From Phoronis australis (Eukaryota > Animalia > Phoronida): a stretch of 64,000 nucleotides of DNA. The position numbers and the translations under genes are program-made. This document shows, one piece after another, positions 36,776 through 49,300 of this stretch (position 1 is the stretch's first letter; every line of letters begins with the position of its first letter). Under the pieces are notes generated by a model. The model was given only the letters and a program-made list of their open reading frames with translations, had not been told where the DNA came from and ran no database searches. The stretch covers positions 1,605,697 through 1,669,696 of the forward strand of contig NMRA01000007.1 in assembly GCA_002633005.1 (NCBI GenBank), in the 5' to 3' direction.

Positions 36776-38526
36776 CTGTGCCTGTGGTTGAGTCAGTCAG
36801 TTGAGACAGCGCCAGTAGCACTGCCTTACTAAACGCATGTTCAAGAGCAGAAATACCAATAAGTTGCCGTTCAATAACTTGTTGAACATACCGGTCTTGT
36901 TTTCAACGGCGAAGCATGAGTTTCTTTCGTCTGAGAAGGTCTTTTCTTGGGAGATTTTGGTGCTTGAAGGACAAACTGACCTGACCCAGATGCGGCCATC
37001 ATTCAACAAACGCACCTCCACATTTGAAGACCACAGGTGCGCCGTCTGTGGTGAACGTCGCAAGTCTCGGTTAGGGCCATTCAATCCACTCTCGTTGTAA
37101 AACGAAGTCAATGTCTCATGGGTGATGGTACGCAGAAATGATACCGGGCCTGCCAGAAAAAACGTTTCCTTCTCTGTCTTTCAGACGAGTCTTGCCTGTG
37201 GTCTGGCCAACTATTTAGATAAGAGCATTCGTGTGACGTGGTAGGCTTACTGTCCTCATGAACGAGGTTTTCCTAACATCATCGGCCACGGATCAGTTGA
37301 ATCAAAACTTGCAGCCCTCTGTAACTATAAGTCTACTACTCACAGTGGCCTGGTATTACGATTCGATGCATGCGCGCACCCAGCCTTTAATATGGGGGGA
37401 TCGAGTTTCCGAAGGTATGGACCTGGCGACAAAAGCAGCCGCGAACTTGAACTAAAAAAAGCGGGTACCACGTCCAGAGCTGCGTGCGTTTGTGCCTTTT
37501 TAGAGGACCTTTTGTCTCCTTTTCTCGGACTTTTTGTTTCTCTGGCTTCGATTCCGCATCCCCATCACCTCGCCACGCTTCGTGAAAAGTTTTTTATTTC
37601 GAAAAGTTTTTTTTTTCAATGTCAGCTTTGGGCCACCGTAGTGTTATACTACTGAGCTTCTGTTTCGTTCCCTTCATTTCGCAACGTTTCATTTCTTCAT
37701 TAAAAGAGGAAGGCCTTGTTTCTTGTAAAACACATACAAAAATGAAAATTTGATAAGAAGCGTTTTGGAGAACAGTGCATGAAAGAGTTTCATATGAAAA
37801 CCATCAGCCATTTCTTAAATATGACGTTAGCCAAATTTTGACATTTTTGTAAGGTCTTGCATACTGGCCTTAAATTTACGTTTATATTCATATGTGTATT
37901 CTACAACTGAAAAGCAAAAAAGAAAGAACTACTGACAACCTGATAAATAATGCGAAAAAGACCAGACATCATTCATTCATCAAATTCCAAAGCACCGTAT
38001 AAACCATTTGGAGTAGTTCCACACCCATAGGCGTACATTAACACATTTGGGTTCAATACGCCGAACAAGAATATTTTGAAGCTTTTCAGGTGGAGGCGTA
38101 GTGAAAATAAAAAAACTGTGTTACAAAAATTCCCCGTCAAACCACGGCAAAAATAGCTCTTATACGCTTATTCATAACAGTGACGTCATGTTGATCAACT
38201 TTCAGATTGATAGTTGCGACTCCGTCATTTTTACCAGCAGCTAGTGGACGGACCACGTCCGTCGCTTACCCATCACGTTGCAATGCTTCACGTTAGTTAT
38301 GATGGTTTGGTTTTCTGTTTTAAGGACATGTTCGCCGTCGTTGTTTAGCTGTCGATGTTGAACTCAAGCGTCTTCGGGGTTCTTGGTCATAAAAGTAACA
38401 GCGGCATTTATTGTTGTCCCATGAACAAGAAAGGACTCGGATGTCACTTCATGAGTACTGCACGGAAGTGCCTTGGGGACCAGTGGTGATGTGAACAGCG
38501 ACGTAATGGGTCAACAAAAGGCAACA

Positions 38527-38622
38527 GTCTGATATAACGTGCCCGTATTTTGATAACCAGTTTGATGCCCGTTATTTAGTGGAGAAAACTGGTTCTCAAA
38601 ATTAGGGCACGCAATATCAGAC
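38527..38622. repeat. Imperfect palindrome / small hairpin MITE
   Basis: gtctgatataacgtgcccgtattttgataaccagttt ... aaactggttctcaaaattagggcacgcaatatcagac. Confidence 0.7.
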
Positions 38623-38731
38623 CATTACCCGACAAAAGACCATTACAGGACGTGATGGACTACCACGCAGTCGCTGTTGGTAAACTCTGTAGCCATACAT
38701 GTAATACGAGGAAGAGGTTAATCACTCGAAA

Positions 38732-39004
38732 CAGGGGAGAATCCAGGATTTTGAGTTAGGGGGGCCAGGGCACAGGAATAACCAGAATTTCGCCACATGC
38801 CGCACGCCCAGCCTAAAATGTAGGGATGCAGGATGCAGCGAGGGGGGTCTCGAATTTTTGGTTTGGGGACCAAACTTAAAAAAAACGGGAAACGTTTTTT
38901 TTTTTCAAGGCCTATGCATTGTACATTGTACTGCCAAATGGTATGTGGGAGAATTTTCGTAGGGGGCCATGGCCCCCTCATTGGTCCCCCTAAATCCGCC
39001 ACTG
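38732..39004 (+). mobile_element. PIF/Harbinger-like MITE
   Basis: caggggagaatccaggattttgagttagggg ... ggtccccctaaatccgccactg; similar to 52045 and 63879. Confidence 0.7.
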
Positions 39005-39194
39005 CAAAATGCACAAATGTTGTCCCTTGCTGGTTATCTTCCTGGTAATACCGACTCCCCATCAGGATACCTTGTTGACGATTGACTCGTGCGCCAGAAA
39101 TAAGGCCGGCCGGCCCGGAAGGCGATCCCGAGCTTCGAATATGATCTGCAGAGGGGTACCATAGAAATTACCTGCACGGCGAGCATCGCCTGTT

Positions 39195-39530
39195 ACGCGC
39201 GAACCATCTAAACTTATGAATCATGCATACGAACCCATGAATCACGCACACGAATAAATATCGTCCGCACGAACCACAGAAATCACACATGTGACGAACA
39301 CGGCGCACGAGCATCCGTATCATACGCACGAACCACCACAAACGATCATCGCACGGACACTTTAGTAAAGTGTCCGTGCGTGTGATTCAATACTCGTACG
39401 GTATGATTTTGTGTTCGTATGTATGTTTTTTGTCCGGTCGTATATGCTTGATTTTTGGGTTCCTATGCATGATTCATAGGTTCTGCTGTTTGTGCGTATG
39501 ATTCTATGATATTGCACGCCTGGTCTGCGT
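39195..39530. repeat. Foldback-like element: mirrored arrays of ~20-bp ATGAATCACGCACACGAAC motifs around a perfect central hairpin
   Basis: Centre cgcacggacacttta-g-taaagtgtccgtgcg (~39350-39380). The left arm has atca.gca.acgaac repeats and the right arm has gttcgtatg..tgatt repeats. Confidence 0.7.
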
Positions 39531-42500
39531 TCGAATTTTTTACTATAAACATTGTTTTTTTAAATTATATCAAATGTGTAGGCACCCCAGGATCAGGAGG
39601 CACGTCAGTTTTGAGTTACCACACATCGGGTATTGTTTGCGCGTGACCGAACAAGCCACAGCCAGCAATAGTTCTTCGGAAGAAGACCGCTTTCCATGAC
39701 AGTCGAAACCTAAATGGTCATTAAAATCTTCCTACTCGTAATAAGATAACCTGAATTACTGAACGAAAATAAATTTTGGTGACAGGATCTGATGAGTAGA
39801 GCTGTCGCTATCGGTCGCCGGTCGGTGCGTGAATTTCTGAATTAATCGTCACTCAGCCTCCCCCCGGCCCCCCCGGAAGTCGCCGCTATGGGCCGACCAT
39901 CGGCCGGGACTGAACGGATTCTTGCCAGTCAAGTGCAATCGATGAAAACACCTCGAATGATTATTATTACAACTTACGCCTTGAATTACCCTTAATTGTA
40001 CTTATTATCCAAACATTCAATGAAGTGACGCAACCGGCAGTTTGTCACTTCTCGAACACAATACAGGCAAATTGCCCCCTTCAGCGTTTCTCTTCCATTC
40101 ATACACGAGGATCTATAGTAATCTATTGGACGTATACACTTTACTTGGACAAAGTTTTACTAGAAAATATTAGACGGTAAGTCAACCACCACTATCGCTA
40201 ACCATATCTTTTGTTTGCCATCTTTCAACAAAAAATGCTCAAAATCAAGCATGCGAAGAAGAGGTAGGTAATTCATCAAATATCAATCTTTTGTTGATTA
40301 TTTCAGTTACTGCATCACTGAATAAGGCTCTACCATGGTTATTGTTGTATCCTGAGTCCTACCATGAATACAGTCATTTTGACATATTAAAAGTTTTACC
40401 ATTCCTGTATATATTTTGTTGTCAAAATGCATAAAATCTTTCGATACCAGAAGTGAAATGAGTAATTATGTTCCAAAAATGGCGAAACGTTGATGAGGCC
40501 ATTCCGACGACATCTCGTGTGAAACTTTTGCGTCTATGCAAAGGTGACTGGGCGAACAATTAAATCGATTGTATTTCTTAAAATATTTGTTATTCATAAG
40601 TATTTGATAATTTGAAATTTATAGGTAACTGAGACCCCGCAGGTGTGTGCATTTAGCCAAAAATAGCTACAATACTATAGAATTTTTCACTCAATAAAAG
40701 TATCTATATATTCTGAAAGTAGGAAGCCTGTACAATACGAATTTTGACTTTGTACCGACCAGATAGTAATTAAGTCACTTGAACATGTCTTTTTAGTAAA
40801 ACTAAACGAACAAGAAACGTACGTCTTTAGCAAAACTACGGTATCAATAACATGACCATTTTTTTAAATATTGACAGTAAAAACACAAAAACAAACAGTT
40901 GCAATTTTCTAAAGTACAATAGTTTAATGAAAGTTTTGACTTTAATTTCTTTCAAATCATACAAGTCTTGCTTCTGTAGCTCTGCCGTGCAGAAGTGGAA
41001 CATTTTTAAAAACAATTCCGAACTGCCTTTCGGAGAATCTGATCACTCAGCCATTTTTGAGATACCGCGTTTCGAAGTTAGCCAAATTTGAAATTTTTCG
41101 AGGGTCCCACGTAAAGTCTATTGGACAAAGGACAACTTTGTTTTGCAGCGTTACATAAATGAAGTGGGATAAGTTTTTTGTTTCCTTTTGTTATAAAAAT
41201 ATGTCTTATCAAGTATATCACACTATTCCATGTTATAAAGACACCTCCGACACTAAATTGGGTCGTTCAGTCTCAAAATTCTAAGCTTAATTTCCCAACG
41301 GAACTCAGAGCGTAACATTTGATGTTGTTTCATACTCGTCTGTCGTTATTATTATCGGATTTGGATAGTTACGTCTCTCTCCCAGTCGGTCTCCGCCGTC
41401 GTGCTGTGCGTTTCAATGAGCTTGAACAAAACTTTGTATTCAGGAATTAAAGCTGTAGTTGTGCATTTCTGTCAACGAATTTCATCGTGCGGAATGCGCA
41501 GGATTATGCTACAAAAGCAACTGCCATTTAAAAAGCTCCCGCCACCGATTCTCTGATCTGTTTGCAAGATATAAAGGGAGGAAAATACAAAAATGAATAC
41601 TTAATTGTGACTAGAGGGCATCTCAACCAGTCGGAACTGTCAAAATGACCATTAGTGGCATGAAATATGGTCCTCGGGGTGAAACTTTGTCACCGAATTA
41701 GGGGTATTCATCGCCGCCCTGTGTAGAGTTAAGGCATGTGGGTCTGGTGGTTATTTGTACTGCAGGTTTGGTATCTGCTAGTCCAGGACCATACTGAGAA
41801 TTTTAATGCGCGATCATGATCTGTTTCCATTCATGCTAAGAGATCGGCAAAATTTCGTGTAAATTCTTCTCTAAGAAAAATTAGTTTCAGCGTTGAGTCG
41901 ATTATTGAACTGTGAACTTACGAGCAATTTACCCACAATTCCACTAGCTGTCATCGAACCAACTGAGAGCGTACGGTGATATCTCGGACTACATCAGGTG
42001 GTTTCCCGCAGGTGGCCGGCCTCGAAGACTCACAATCGGCCAATATGGTTCTTATAAAAGACAGTGTTTTTCGGATAACATCGTGATATACATGTCTTTA
42101 ACAATACAAAAGTATGACTAATTGGCCCTCAAACAAAATTTGATGTTCGATAGCACACAGTCTGTCGAACATTTCCAACAGAACAGTCCATAGTTTTTCA
42201 CACGGAACAGTTTTTGTAATTTCATCCAAAGTATCCTCGTCGTGCCAGGAGGCAGGTGACGTCTAAACCTTCTACACCGTGGAAGTTTCGCCTGGCAATG
42301 CCCGTTTCCAACGCCCACAGCTACAAAGCCGATACACAATAGGTCGCAAATTAGACGTCATAACTACCAATACGAGCTTCGCATACTCGATACTTAATTT
42401 CCTAAACTGCTTTGCTTGAATAGATAAATACATGTTTTAAATGGTCAAGTAGCGGTTGAACACAGAAGCGCAACAAATATGCCGCGGTCATAAAATATAA

Positions 42501-43378
42501 GAAATTATTGGTTATGAGGTGAAATGGTCAGAGGCTGCTGTAAATCTTTGACTGGTGGAGACGTCCTGTTTCATTAACCATGACAACTTGTCACCCGGAA
42601 TCGAACAAGGTTTGTTGCTACTAGACTACAGTTGTCGAGTATTTTCATATTTTCCTCTCTCTGATCAACCCTAAGTTCCTCGTCGCTATTGATGGTGACC
42701 AATTTTTGTAATTACTCACCTGATTAAAAGATTCGTTGGAATACATGTTCAGAGAATACTTTTCACAAGTATTAGCGTCTTTTGAAGTTTCTTGTCCACT
42801 TGTACACATTTTTACATTGGGCATTTCACGACGTTTCGACTAGAAATTTTTTCGAACCCCGCCGATTTTAATGGTTTTCGATCATTATCATTATCTACAG
42901 GTTTTGTAAATGATTGTTATTGGTTGGCATCAAACCCAGGATCTGCTAAATCCCATTTGATGATGTCACCACTGGAAACGTCGTGAAAAGTCTAATATTA
43001 GCCTACGAGTCGGAGGTAGCAGCAAATCGATCAGAGTTAGGTAATTTCACAAGGGCAGCACTTCAAAGACGAGGTTCCGGGTCATCGAAATATACAGAGT
43101 GCTGTCTCGAGATGACAATGGCATTGTCCCATCGAATAAAGCATGCGCAGACTTCAGTCACATATCATACTGACGTTGTAAAGGCTTCATAGTATTTTAT
43201 GTGATACATGACCAACTATCCATGCCAGTTGTGTATTTCTGCAACAGAGCAAATAAATGTGAAGAAGTAATGTCACATATTGTGTCCCGGTGTCACACTA
43301 CGGAGGTTGTACTGTACACTTAGAAATTGAAAAATGCTTTTGTTGTCGTCGTAGGAGCCCACTTCGGCAGATGCTGTC

Positions 43379-46300
43379 ATGCCACCGAAGGAAAGACCGC
43401 CATCCCAGAGTAAGACGTACAACCAGAGTGCTGGTGATCACGGCAAAGCAGAGGCAAGAAACGGCACATCTCGACATGATGTCGGATCTCAGACTTTCTT
43501 AACACAACTTCACGAATCACCAGCCGTATTGGGACAGTTGGCTAAACAGCAGGAAAGCGATCAAATTGATTTAGAAAACACTAGTCCGTCTTTGAAACAA
43601 TGGGCAGAGGAGTTTTTGCGCGACTCTGATGATGTGAAACAGCCAAAGGAAAACATCAACTATGCTGAAGACATCACATTGGAAACTGAGAATGATGCTG
43701 GTTACGACACAGACGCAGATAAAGATATCGATGGTAATATCGTTATGTTCGACGTTTGTCTCGAAAAATATAATAATGCGAGTGGACTTTGGAACAGTTC
43801 GAATATTAAAAAATGGCTAGTTAGGAATGGAAAAAAGTTATCTTTTTATTACCACGACTGAAAATTTAGGTCAACCAGAAGTATTCAATCTTGTATCAGT
43901 TAAGTTAGTGTCGAGAACAGTGAATTTAAAAGGGTTTGACAGTAAAATGTATCAGGTACGCTTGCTTCAGTTACCAGTAACAGTTCAACAGATATCGTCT
44001 CCGAGGTTCGTGTGCTGAAATTTTTCATTGCTAACAGGTTCATCGTACATGGGCGGCGCAGCACTGAAATAAGTGGGGGCTATAGCCCCCCCCCCCAGCC
44101 CGCTATGGTGCGCCCCACCCATGCCCATGGGCGGTGGGTGCAGCACTGAAATAAGTGGGGCTGTAGCCTCCACCCCCCCCCCTGTGGTGCGTAGCCCATG
44201 TCGTAGTAGTAAGCTGCCATAAATACTCGAAAATGTAGATTTGCCTAAGTTTCAAACATAAAAATGATATTTTTTTAATGACGTAAAAACTATTACGTCG
44301 TGTACTTAGGGTTCACAACAGACACAGCACGAACCAGTATTTTTCTTCTTGGATTATCAAGGGAGACAGCAAGAACCCGGGAATTAAGTGGAAGGTCACT
44401 CAAAAACATTTACAGTGGCACATAGCTTATTTTTAGGTTGAACGTGTAATGAAAACAGGCACAACAAAAAACGTTTTCTCGAGAACAGCCCACGTTCGTG
44501 ACGCTAACCTACACTGATGCACGGATGTAGGACTGGGAGAAGGCGCACACAATTTCCAGTGGCACTATTGTGCAGATCTAGAGACACGAGGCGTTTCTGC
44601 ACAATCCGCATAGCCGTCTGAGACCTTTTATGAGTTATTACAGAATTTGACTTTTTGTCACCGTAACACAATCCGATCTGAGACTGCTTGTTTTGAATAA
44701 TGTGCCAATGGAAGTGTTCACGCAATTTTGGATGAGGCACCTGTAACAAAAGCAAACAAAAGAACAACACACCTAATATATCGATGAAATGATCGATAAT
44801 TAGTCAAGCCATACGCGCTTGGAGCTTTGCCTATTGAGACCTTATTCCCTCGGCCATTAGGCCTACTGACCCCAAGCGGCCTAACTTGTGTGCAAAAGTT
44901 GAGTTACAACTGGACTAACTTTACTGCGGTGTCAAATATACTCTCCTTCAGAAGATGGGATTAGCGACCGGTATTAACTTTAGGCTAGCGGCGTAAGTCT
45001 ATGGGAACACTTAATCCATCGGAATAAATATGATCACCGCAGTAAAAGGTTCTCGGTTTGACGAGAGTTCGATCGAGCGTACTCAGTTTACCCCTGTTAG
45101 CTTCCACTAAGTATCAGTCTTCGGATCACGTTAACGTATTGTGTGTTTGTTCTTCTATCGGGTTAATTACATGAGTTACGTTTACGTATAATACGTAAAA
45201 AGACAATAAGAGTGTTTCGGTTTACCAGAATTTTTTATCTGCGCCGGTCGCTGAGACCGGCAAAATATTTGAGCAATTGAAGTACACTGACCCCAAGTCC
45301 AGTTGCCAATGCGAAAGTTTAATCAACACTTTCTAACCGACATGTGTATTCGAGTACGTGTAGCTAATTCCGCAATTTGAAATAGGGGATAATAAAATTG
45401 TAGAACTCACGTGCGATACAGAAGTCATCAAAGTCCTTGAAGGTGCAAACTAGTTATTTCCATCTATTTTATTCCAGTTTAGCCTGTGGGAAACCACCTA
45501 CAGGACACTACTAGTAGGCTGTTGTAATAACTCGACTCACGTTGTTGCAGGCGCCAGTACATCCTCTCTGTGTGAAATACAATCGGCATACCTGGAGCAA
45601 TGCAGGCGACTTGGCGTACTTCCGGTGACGTACTTCATACGCAATATGACAGAAAACGATTTTGTCATGAGAAATCATGGTTTAGGACCTCTAGGCACCC
45701 GGGCTCTCGCTACCGCACTGGAAGTACGCAGATTCAAACTACCTGGACACTTTGATTATCATATGCCCAGTTATTGCTATATTAAATCATAAGTTGTTCT
45801 GATATTTTGTTGCACTGCCGCATGTGTTACTGATGAGAGAGGTACTTAAGCAGAGAGTGCTTAGTGATCACAATTCTTCACCAGAAGTGTCAATGCGCCA
45901 CTGACATGACCAGGGTGCATAAAAAGAAATCTGGATTTTTACAATTTATTTCAAATAGGTGATGCTTGTTTTTAACCATTCTTGGCGACCGTTTTAACAA
46001 TTGTTATTGCCGTTACGAAGCACGGGCGTGTTCCGTTGACGCTAAACACTGACAGCAGTGTGACCACGTGCTTCGATTTCTACTGGCGATCTCGTGAAGA
46101 CTTGTTTCGACATCGCAAGAATGTTATTTTTTCTACGGATAGCAGAATAGCTTTTTCTCATTTTGCAATTTTATCGTTTGTCGTTGTCACGTTAAAACGA
46201 TGGCCAAAAGATGACATCGCGCGCTTCTTTTTTAATTATCTAGGATCTTGAAATCCCGAGATTATTAAAAAAGAAAAGTGCGATGTCAGCTCTAGGCCAC

Positions 46301-49300
46301 CGTATGTTACATCGAGAGTAGTCCTATTAAAAAAAGCAAGGCTGCGCTTTGCTTTTCGGTTCCTGTAGAAACCCACTGCCTTGAGATGGGCAGGTTGGTA
46401 CACTGTGGCTAAAATATTTTATTTGGGCTGATTTTCATCGACGGGGTGGCATTCAATTTTGTGGAAACGATTATTCTTTTTGCGAGATGTATAAAATATT
46501 TAAGCGTAAAATTAAGCATACAACTTAATTTAACGCTTGAACTGGTGAATTGAACTGATGGAAATGACAGATTTAGTAATAAAAGATTGATTGAAGGAGA
46601 CCTTACATCAAGGTTAAAAAAACGAGGAACAATGTAAATTTGTATGTTATAGTTGCTGATAATTGCACTGTTATCATCACAATCTGTTTGTTTGATACGA
46701 TGCATTCCAGAAAAACACATACATTGAAAGACTGAATTTGGAAGGGAATGCAATTCAGGCAGAAGGGGTCGAATATCTGTGCAAAATGCTCAAAGAAAAC
46801 TTTTACATAACAGACTTGGTAAGTAGTTCTATTGAACAGTTGTTCCACGTTATTTTAATTTACAATTGTTCAACTAAACGGTAAATTTTGTCATTCATCA
46901 ACGAATTGACTGAGTGAATTATCAAACAATGCTGATGTTGTCCAACCAGCAAAAATTGTTGATGTTCTTAACATAGTTCTGTTTCTCGTAGTATCTCGCG
47001 GAAAACTCACTGGGTAGTGAAGGATCGCGCCACATCTTCGAGATGATGGCGGACAACCATACCATCATTAGATTAGATCTCTCTGGGAACAACATTCAAG
47101 ATTCAGACGGCGTGAATCTATGTGCAATGCTAGAGGTAAGTGATAGACCGGTGAAATTTAACAGACTGATGCATGTCACTCTCCGAGATCTTTCCTGTCA
47201 TGTTGCGGTACTATGGGTAATTCCTTTACGCAGGTCGCTTCTTCTTCTGGTATTATAGTTCTCCATCTTGTTTGTAGAGCGTGTGAAACTAAGTCATAAC
47301 TTCGTACCAAAGTAGCTGCTTGCCCTTCCAAACTATCATTTGTATCATTACTCCACCACCTTTTCGTATTTTCCAGTTGTGGTTTAGATGACTGAAATTT
47401 GTCATCTTATAGCGGTCTTGTGTATCTAAACAAAACCATCCCCCAACGGTTTTATAGCCACGGCCGTTTGCTGGAAAAATTGTTATAACATTTACGTGTT
47501 CTTTATTCTTATACCATTCGATGATCATGTTATTTTCATTTCAGGCGAATACGTCACTCAAGTATTTGTATCTTCGCAATAACCATCTTGCGGACAAAGC
47601 TAGTTTTGCTCTGAAGACGGCGCTGTCAAACAACGAGTCGCTAGAACTGCTGGATATTAGCTGGAACCACATCAGAATGAAAGGAGCCGTGGCGGTGTCA
47701 GAAGGCGTTGCAGTATGCTTTCTATAAATTATCACATTTAATGCAAAAAACATCCTTTAAAGTTAATTGATTCATGAAACGCTTTTAAGAGAAATACAGG
47801 GGCGTAGTACTTGCCGGTGCGAGTCCTCTGACACCGGACTGACTACTTTTTGCCTGCAGAGCACAGATGCTTAGACTCTAACCAGAAAAAAGGACAATAA
47901 TTTAACTCTTATATTTTTGAGTTTCTAAAGCATCAAAAGGAGAACAGCTCATTTTTTCTGTTTTTGTGCCACATATTTATTATCATGGCCAACATGTTCT
48001 CGCATACGCGCGGTAATAACTTCTCAATAATGCAACAGAACAAGGAAATGAAGACCTTTCATTACCCGAGGAATGGCTAATTTTGCACCTTTGGCGGCGC
48101 ACATAACTGCTTTGTTACATTTTGAAATGAATTATGTTGAAATGGAATAGGTCAGTGAATTGAAAAAAGAATGAAATTTGACGTTGAAAGTGAAAAAATG
48201 AAATAGTATGGGATACATATGAGAAATAATCTTTCACCGCAGACTCAACATTTTGTTTACTTTTTCACAAATACATTTCTCTGCAGAGTACACAGAAATT
48301 TACGTCTAAAACTTAACACAACGTTTCTTTGATCAGGAAAACATCGGTCTCAGATATCTGAACCTGTCCATGAATGGTTTCGGAGTAGAGGGTGCCACAG
48401 CAATGGGCAAAGCGCTGGCTGTCAACCGATCACTCAGAGAACTCGACCTGAGCTGGAACCGTATACCGTACAGAGGGGGCGAAGCAATAGGAAAAGGACT
48501 AAATATTAACGATATTCTAAGAGTACTCAAGGTAAAATGATATGTTATTGAAAGCAAAGAAATCGCTTCAGCCAGTTTAAGTTTCGTTTCTTACCTATTG
48601 ACAGTTGCATTTTTGAGGCAATTGAATTTTTAATCCTAATTCAACTTAAAAAATTATTCATTTAAATTCAAGAAGTACACTGTTTTGCTAGGCTCCCCGT
48701 TTTCTAATGTTTAATAGGGTGACATAGGCTTCATTCTGTATTGTTCCTTGTCGGACGAAAATCTCCCAAGTACGTTACTCTGTGAGTGAGTTTTCTTGCT
48801 TGTGTTCGTACTCACATTACAGACTACATCCGTTGTTCGATCGACATGAGATTTACACAAAACACGAAGCCCATCAATCACTCGAAGCCTATTTTTGTGG
48901 ATCGAACTGTCTAAAAGTACATATTTTTCTGGTGGTAAAAGTCTATAGAATTCGAATTTTGACTTTGAACCAGTGTAACATTAATTAGCTGGCGTGACCA
49001 TGTCTTTTAAGCCAAGTTTAGCGAAAAAATTTTTCATTTAATGAAGGCACGCAAAACAACGGTATCAGTAACAGGGCCAAATTTTGTTGAGTATAAACGC
49101 TCAAGATGAAGTTAGCACAATTTGGAAGTTTTGACTAGGATCCTAAAACATAACCTTAATTTTTGCGAACATTCGATGTTTGTTGTCATTTCAGATCGGT
49201 AACAACCCGTTAACAGCTCCCGGGGCCATAGCTGTGCTGAACGGAATAGCGAGCAACGACAGCAGTAACTTAGATTACTTAGACTTGGTGGTAAGTCCGA

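Noticed and set aside
42900-43045. Candidate upstream coding exon of the LRRC74-like gene
   Set aside because: Splice-like signals are present, but no open ATG-initiated frame joins in phase to the acceptor at 43355; it may be 5' UTR
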